Sequence record: DRR723986_4203
Reading direction: 5' to 3' (one strand)
DNA length: 43,534 nucleotides
Positions 38,492 to 43,534 of the stretch are shown piece by piece (within the stretch, counting starts at the first letter, position 1; every line of letters begins with the position of its first letter). Made by a program: the position numbers and the translations under genes. The notes beneath the pieces were generated by a model. It was not told where the DNA came from, searched no databases, and saw only the letters and a list, made by a program, of their open reading frames with translations.

Positions 38492-39691
38492 ATGACGCGC
38501 TGGATCTCTCACCTCATCTCCCGAACGGTCGGATTGGCGGCGGGCCTTGCTGCTGGAATGGCGCTCACGTGCCACTCGGCGGCCGCGCAGGATGTGCAGG
38601 AATTGAAGATCGGCCTGTTGGCGACACTGTCCGGCCCGGCGGCCGTCTACGGTGAACACATGCGCGACGGTTTCATGCTGGCCGTCGAGCAATCCAATGG
38701 CGCGCTTGGTGGCTTGCCCACCAATGTGATCGTGGTCGATGACAAGCTGGATCCGGACAACGCGCTGGAGCAGGCAACGAAACTGATCGAGGAAAATGGC
38801 GTCGATCTCATCGTCGGCGTCAATTTCTCCAAGGTGATGCTTGCCGTGCACGATCCTATCGTGCGGTCGAAGACCTTGTTTATCGGAACGCATTCCGGGC
38901 CAGCGCCGATCGCCGGGCGCAATTGCAGCCGTTACTTCTTCTCAACTGCGTCACAGGACGATCAGGTCCACGAGACGATGGGGCGTTACGCCAGCCTCAA
39001 AGGGTACCAGGACGTCGTCACGATCGCTCCGGACTATGAAGCTGCCCGGGATGCCGTTGCCGCGTTCCGCCGCCATTTCAAGGGACAGATCGCCCGCGAA
39101 TTGTTCCCGAAACTGGGTCAGACCGATTTCTCGGATGAATTCAAGCAGATCGAGGAAATCGAACCGGATGCGATTTTCACCTTCATGCCGGGCGGCATGG
39201 GGGTGGAACTGGTGAAACAGTTCCACACTTCCGGGCTGAAGGGTATTGTACCGTTCCTCTCGTCCGACACGGTCAATGCCGTTACGCTACCCTATACGGC
39301 GGAGATGGCTGAGGGACTTTACAGCGCATCTCATTGGGCGCCCAACCTTGATAATCCGGCCAACAAGAGGTTCGTGCGGGAGTTCAGCAAGGCCTACAAG
39401 TACGAGCCCTCGGTCTACGCTGCGCAAGGCTATGATGCTGCCAAGCTGATCCATTTTGCCCTGGAACTGACCGGGGGCATCAAGGACCAGGAAGCATTGA
39501 TCTCGGCTATCAGTGCAGCTCCCTTTGAAAGCGTTCGAGGCGACTTCCGCTTCAATTCCAACCAGTTCCCCATTCAGGATTTCTATATTGTGGAAGGGGT
39601 CCGGCGCACCAGCAAGCTCTATGAGATGGAAGCCGTTGCCCGGGTCTTCGACGATGTTGGCGATGCCTATGCCGGTTCGTGCCGTATGTAA
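38492..39691 (+). CDS. ABC transporter substrate-binding protein, branched-chain amino acid/aromatic acid (LivJ-like) class
   Basis: Signal peptide, KIG...TLSGP.A..G...RDGF.LA, QTDFS, PS.YAAQGYDAA and F.SVRG.F.F. Confidence 0.9.
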   Translation: MTRWISHLISRTVGLAAGLAAGMALTCHSAAAQDVQELKIGLLATLSGPAAVYGEHMRDGFMLAVEQSNGALGGLPTNVIVVDDKLDPDNALEQATKLIEENGVDLIVGVNFSKVMLAVHDPIVRSKTLFIGTHSGPAPIAGRNCSRYFFSTASQDDQVHETMGRYASLKGYQDVVTIAPDYEAARDAVAAFRRHFKGQIARELFPKLGQTDFSDEFKQIEEIEPDAIFTFMPGGMGVELVKQFHTSGLKGIVPFLSSDTVNAVTLPYTAEMAEGLYSASHWAPNLDNPANKRFVREFSKAYKYEPSVYAAQGYDAAKLIHFALELTGGIKDQEALISAISAAPFESVRGDFRFNSNQFPIQDFYIVEGVRRTSKLYEMEAVARVFDDVGDAYAGSCRM

Positions 39692-39768
39692 TTTTATCCT
39701 GCACAGACCAGGTATCGGGATGATCTGAAACGATCAGTCCAGAAATCAGACTTGCTCCTCTTGCATTC

Positions 39769-39784
39769 TGGACTACGTAGTCCA
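39769..39784. promoter_or_regulatory. NemR-type operator upstream of the TetR gene
   Basis: Perfect 16-bp palindrome TGGACTACGTAGTCCA, 10 bp before the TetR start codon. Confidence 0.8.
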
Positions 39785-39794
39785 TATCAGAGGC

Positions 39795-40394
39795 ATGAGA
39801 AACGCAGAGGTCCATATTTCCGGCTCGGAAAAACGCACGGCGGGTCCGGGCAGGCCGCGCAGCTTTGATGAAGCAGCGGCGCTTGAGGCGGCCATGCATG
39901 TTTTCTGGCAGAAGGGCTTCGAAGCGACTTCTCTGGACGATCTTACCAAGGCAATGGGGCTTAGCCGTTCCAGTTTCTACGCAACTTTCGGCTGCAAGCA
40001 GACGCTGTTTCTGCGAGCGCTGGAGCATTATTCCAAAAACGGAATCCGTGGCCTGAAGGAAGTTGCTGAAACCGCTGAAGATGACGCGGTGGACGCGATG
40101 ATGCAGGCTTTGTCCGATCCGAAAGGGGGCCCAAGGGGTTGCCTTCTGGTCAATTGCATCACCGAACTTGCCCCCCATGACGACAAGGTTGCCGAGATTG
40201 GCCGTCGTCACCTGGAAAACATCGAAGACCTCTTTGCCAGGGCGATCGACCCGGACAACCCGGATGCTGTCCGGGATAGGGCGAGCGCCTATTCATCGCT
40301 TGCCATTGGAACTCTGGCGCTGCGCAAGGCTGGAGTTCCGGCAGAGCGGATTGCCAGAACCCTGAAGCAGGCACGGACCGTCCTGATGCCATAA
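39795..40394 (+). CDS. TetR/AcrR family regulator, NemR-like
   Basis: GRPRSFD, FW.KGFEATS..DL..AMG..RSS.Y..FG.K and GCLLVN; sits upstream of an old yellow enzyme gene. Confidence 0.9.
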   Translation: MRNAEVHISGSEKRTAGPGRPRSFDEAAALEAAMHVFWQKGFEATSLDDLTKAMGLSRSSFYATFGCKQTLFLRALEHYSKNGIRGLKEVAETAEDDAVDAMMQALSDPKGGPRGCLLVNCITELAPHDDKVAEIGRRHLENIEDLFARAIDPDNPDAVRDRASAYSSLAIGTLALRKAGVPAERIARTLKQARTVLMP

Positions 40395-40450
40395 TCGCCC
40401 GGGCGGTGTGGAAGCGTTCATGAAGAACCACGGAGTTGTGCGCATAATAT

Positions 40451-40466
40451 TGGACTGTTTAGTCCA
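40451..40466. promoter_or_regulatory. Second NemR-type operator, upstream of nemA
   Basis: TGGACT-GTTT-AGTCCA, with the same half-sites as 39769-39784. Confidence 0.8.
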
Positions 40467-40506
40467 GAAATAGTGAAGCAGACAAACTTCAAAAGGAAAG
40501 AAGAAC

Positions 40507-41613
40507 ATGTCAGAAGCAAAACTGTTTTCGCCCGCAAAGGCAGGGGCAATCGAACTGAAGAACCGTATCGTGATGGCACCGTTGACCCGCAACCGGGCCC
40601 GGCACGAAGACGATGCACCGCATGATCTGACAGTGAAATATTACGATCAGCGTGCCGGAGCAGGATTGATCATCACCGAGGCCTCGCAGATCTCGCCGCA
40701 GGGCAAGGGATATGCATGGACGCCGGGCATCTATTCAGATGCGCAGGTCGCGGGCTGGAAGAAAGTCACTGATGCGGTTCATGCAAAAGGTGGCAAGATT
40801 GTCATCCAGCTCTGGCATGTCGGCCGTATTTCGCATCCGGTTCTCCAGCCGGGTGGCGCAGATCCGGTGGCTCCTTCTGCAATTGCTGCAAAATCCAAGA
40901 CGTTTGACGGAACGCAATTCGTCGATACGCCGACACCGCGTGCGCTGGACGCCAGCGAGATCCCGGGCATTGTCGAGGACTATAGAAAAGCCGCCGAAAA
41001 CGCGAAGAAAGCTGGCTTCGACGGTGTCGAGGTGCACGCTGCCAACGGTTATCTGATCGACCAGTTCCTGCGCGACGGCTCCAACAAGCGTGACGATGCC
41101 TACGGCGGATCCATCGAGAACCGGACCCGCTTCCTGAAGGAAGTCATGGATGCCGTTGTTGGTGTGCTGGGTGGTGACCGGGTCGGCATCAGGCTGAGCC
41201 CGTTCTCCAGCGCCAACGACATTGCCGACAGCAATCCGCAAGCGACCTTCTCGCACGCGATCAAATTGCTCAACGGCTATGGTCTTGCCTACCTGCATCT
41301 GGTTGAAGGCCAGACCGGTGGTCCGCGCGATATCCCGGACGGTGGTGATTTGTCAGCTCTCTACGCACTCTTCGACGGCGCCCATATGGGCAACAACGGT
41401 TACGACCGTGCTTCCGCAATCGAGGCAGTGGAAACAGGCGCAGTCGATCTGGTCGCGTTCGGCCGTCCGTTCATTTCCAATCCGGATCTGGTCGAGCGGC
41501 TGGAGAAGAATGCTCCGCTGAACGCGCTGGATACCGATACGCTCTATGGCGGCAGCGAAAAAGGCTACACGGATTATCCCACCTTGGCAGAAGCGTCTGT
41601 CGCGGCGGAGTAA
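40507..41613 (+). CDS. nemA: Alkene reductase (old yellow enzyme, NemA/XenB type)
   Basis: NRIVMAPLTR, QLWHVGR.SH, GFDGVEVHAANGYLIDQFL, FGRPFISNPDL and Y.G...GYTDYP. Confidence 0.93.
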   Translation: MSEAKLFSPAKAGAIELKNRIVMAPLTRNRARHEDDAPHDLTVKYYDQRAGAGLIITEASQISPQGKGYAWTPGIYSDAQVAGWKKVTDAVHAKGGKIVIQLWHVGRISHPVLQPGGADPVAPSAIAAKSKTFDGTQFVDTPTPRALDASEIPGIVEDYRKAAENAKKAGFDGVEVHAANGYLIDQFLRDGSNKRDDAYGGSIENRTRFLKEVMDAVVGVLGGDRVGIRLSPFSSANDIADSNPQATFSHAIKLLNGYGLAYLHLVEGQTGGPRDIPDGGDLSALYALFDGAHMGNNGYDRASAIEAVETGAVDLVAFGRPFISNPDLVERLEKNAPLNALDTDTLYGGSEKGYTDYPTLAEASVAAE

Positions 41614-41668
41614 TCCAGAAGGTTTCGGGCCGCCCGACATCCCCCCCCTCCGGGGCGGTCTGAAGGAT

Positions 41669-41707
41669 AGCCGGTGCAGGGTTTCGACCCGCACCGGCTT
41701 TCTTTTT
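41669..41707 (+). terminator. Intrinsic terminator after nemA
   Basis: AGCCGGTGC-A-GGGT-TTCG-ACCC-GCACCGGCT followed by TTCTTTTT. Confidence 0.85.
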
Positions 41708-42110
41708 ATGCGTGCAAAGGGGGATTTGCCCTGCTGACAAGCAGGTGAGCGACACACCAGCAGCCAAGTCCCAACTCCACTGCGACAGCGGCGACAAGTG
41801 GTGCAGGTGGCATGCCGTCGAGGGCCAGGCTGACAAGCCGGCCTGTGCCATAGCCAAGCAGCAAGGCGGCGGACACCAGCAATCCGATTGTCTCCCACCG
41901 ACGATAGAAAAGACCCATCGAAGCGGCGAAACACGCCAGCAAGATGAGGACGCCGGGTGAGCGAACCTCGCTCATCATCGCCGCGGAAGGATTGAGGGTT
42001 ATTCCGTTTGAAGAAAACAGAAGCTCCGGCGCAAAGACGATCAGGGAGCCGATCACCAGAAAGGTCAGGGCGGACAGGGCGAGGGCGGCTTTTTTGCTCA
42101 GGGTGTTCAT
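41706..42110 (-). CDS. DUF4345-like small membrane protein
   Basis: Four hydrophobic helices, SEVR.PG, GRLVSL.LDG.P and a conserved Glu in the last helix. Confidence 0.8.
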   Translation of the reverse strand: MNTLSKKAALALSALTFLVIGSLIVFAPELLFSSNGITLNPSAAMMSEVRSPGVLILLACFAASMGLFYRRWETIGLLVSAALLLGYGTGRLVSLALDGMPPAPLVAAVAVELGLGCWCVAHLLVSRANPPLHA

Positions 42111-42247
42111 TGGCTGTCTCCGGTTCGTTTGAACTGGATGCCAGGATCTGATAAGCGCGTCAGATGATCTATGATATAAAGAATAAGAAAAATTGCAGAT
42201 CGTCCAGATTTCTGGGTTGGTGACCAGCGTTCAAGTGGGAGTTTCTG

Positions 42248-43219
42248 ATGTCCTTGCCGAGCCCGGTCTTGCAAGCTGACCAATCCTCCCCATCGCTGGA
42301 TTTTGCTCCGCTTGCCGACGTGTTGCATCTTCTACGGCTCACGGGAACCTTCTACTGCAATCCCGAACTGTCAGCTCCCTGGGCGATTGATGTTCCGGAC
42401 ATGGGTGGGCAAATGGTTCTTCTGGTGGTGACCGAGGGGAGTTGTTTGCTGCAGACCGAGCACTGCGAGACGATTTCCTTGACCGCCGGGCAGCTTGTGC
42501 TGTTGCCGCATGGCAAACCGGTTGTCATGAGTAGTGATGCCGAAGCTGTCGCAACGCCTCTGTTCGACATTCCTGCCATCCGCCACAGCCCGTCTTACGA
42601 AACCATGATTTTTGGTGGGGGCGGGGCCGTGACCCGGATGACCTGTGGTGTGTTGAAGCTCGACCACGCGGCTGCCGAACGACTGCAGCAGTTGTTGCCC
42701 CCGCTCATAAGACTGGACACCTTCGCTCAGCACGCCGGCCCATGGATCTACAGCACGTTGAAATACCTGGCAGAAGAGGCGCGCAATCCGCAGCCTGGCG
42801 GAGAAACGGTGCTGACACGCCTGACGGATATTCTCGTCGTACAGGCGATCCGGGCGTGGCTGCAGAGCAACGAGGCGCTTGAAACAGGTTGGCTTGCAGC
42901 CTTGCGCGATCCGAAGATCGGGCGGGCCCTGCAGGCCTTTCACCGTGCCCCGCAGGAAGGCTGGACCATTGCCAGGTTGGCGGAAAGGGCTGGTATGTCA
43001 CGTTCCGCATTTGCCGCGCGCTTCAAGCAACTGACCGGGGAAGGTGTCATGCAGTATGCCCTGCATTGGCGCATGCAATTGGCACAAATGGATCTGAAGG
43101 AAGGAAAACGTACACTGGCGGAGATTGCCATTGGGCTCGGCTACGAGTCCGAAGCAGCATTTGCACGGGCCTTCAAACGAATTGTCGGGACGTCGCCGGG
43201 GGCGTATCGAAGGCAATAA
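42248..43219 (+). CDS. AraC family regulator with a Cupin_6 domain (RclR-like)
   Basis: G..VLLPHG, TCG, GWLAALRDP.IG.AL...H..P...WT...LA..AGMSRS.FA.RF and GYESEAAF.RAFKR. Confidence 0.92.
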   Translation: MSLPSPVLQADQSSPSLDFAPLADVLHLLRLTGTFYCNPELSAPWAIDVPDMGGQMVLLVVTEGSCLLQTEHCETISLTAGQLVLLPHGKPVVMSSDAEAVATPLFDIPAIRHSPSYETMIFGGGGAVTRMTCGVLKLDHAAAERLQQLLPPLIRLDTFAQHAGPWIYSTLKYLAEEARNPQPGGETVLTRLTDILVVQAIRAWLQSNEALETGWLAALRDPKIGRALQAFHRAPQEGWTIARLAERAGMSRSAFAARFKQLTGEGVMQYALHWRMQLAQMDLKEGKRTLAEIAIGLGYESEAAFARAFKRIVGTSPGAYRRQ

Positions 43220-43420
43220 ACCGGCGTGATTTCAGCATCGGCCACGGCTGTGACTTGTAACCGTACCGGAGCGTACTCTTTTTTCCCATTCCGGCCTTTC
43301 GTTCGGCAAAAAAACCTGTCAAACCCATATCAGAGCTAAATCGGGCGCGGAAACCTGATCCGCTCCGGCAGCACGTCGCGCCGGAGGGACAAAGGCCTGC
43401 ACACGTAGGGAGAAACGAAA

Positions 43421-43534
43421 ATGCCCCCGTATCGTTCCAGAACATCCACTCACGGCCGCAACATGGCTGGTGCGCGCGGCCTTTGGCGCGCGACCGGCAT
43501 GAAGGACGACGACTTCGGCAAGCCGATCATCGCC
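43421..43534 (+). CDS. ilvD: Dihydroxy-acid dehydratase, 5' fragment (truncated by the window end)
   Basis: Not in the ORF track. Manual translation [38 protein letters not shown] is the canonical IlvD N-terminus; GGGAG RBS. Confidence 0.95.
   Translation, partial: MPPYRSRTSTHGRNMAGARGLWRATGMKDDDFGKPIIA

Noticed and set aside
41641..41648. C8 homopolymer considered as a phase-variation tract
   Set aside because: Lies in the 3' intergenic hairpin region after nemA, not in a promoter or CDS.

Overview
A GC-rich chromosomal window from an alphaproteobacterium. Gene content and order point to Hyphomicrobiales, plausibly Roseibium/Labrenzia (inference). About 3.8-28.2 kb is conserved core: FemAB-like GNAT, GDPD, RidA, eipB, dinB, DUF3572, divK, rpmG, NUDIX, DUF983, rnr, topA, dprA, plsY, pyrC-like, pyrB, an AEC transporter, ruvX and a UPF0173 hydrolase. 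The left end has a partial ureidoglycine aminohydrolase and an OxyR paralogue lacking both redox cysteines, divergent from two tiny ORFs. The right part is accessory-looking: an MdlC-like decarboxylase, an MCP, a cupin, a sulfatase, an MltB/glycine-zipper/SH3 cluster, an orphan ABC binding protein, NemR-NemA, DUF4345 with an RclR-like AraC regulator, and partial ilvD. Four elements missing from the ORF track were read directly: the aminohydrolase, rpmG, ilvD and an EcpR1-like sRNA between divK and rpmG, where pleD is absent. No tRNA, rRNA, CRISPR array, transposase or integrase was seen. No wholly new system can be shown from sequence alone. The best candidate is the Cys-less OxyR / small-protein module with a four-part OxyR-type box. 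All family calls come from motif recognition, not database searches.
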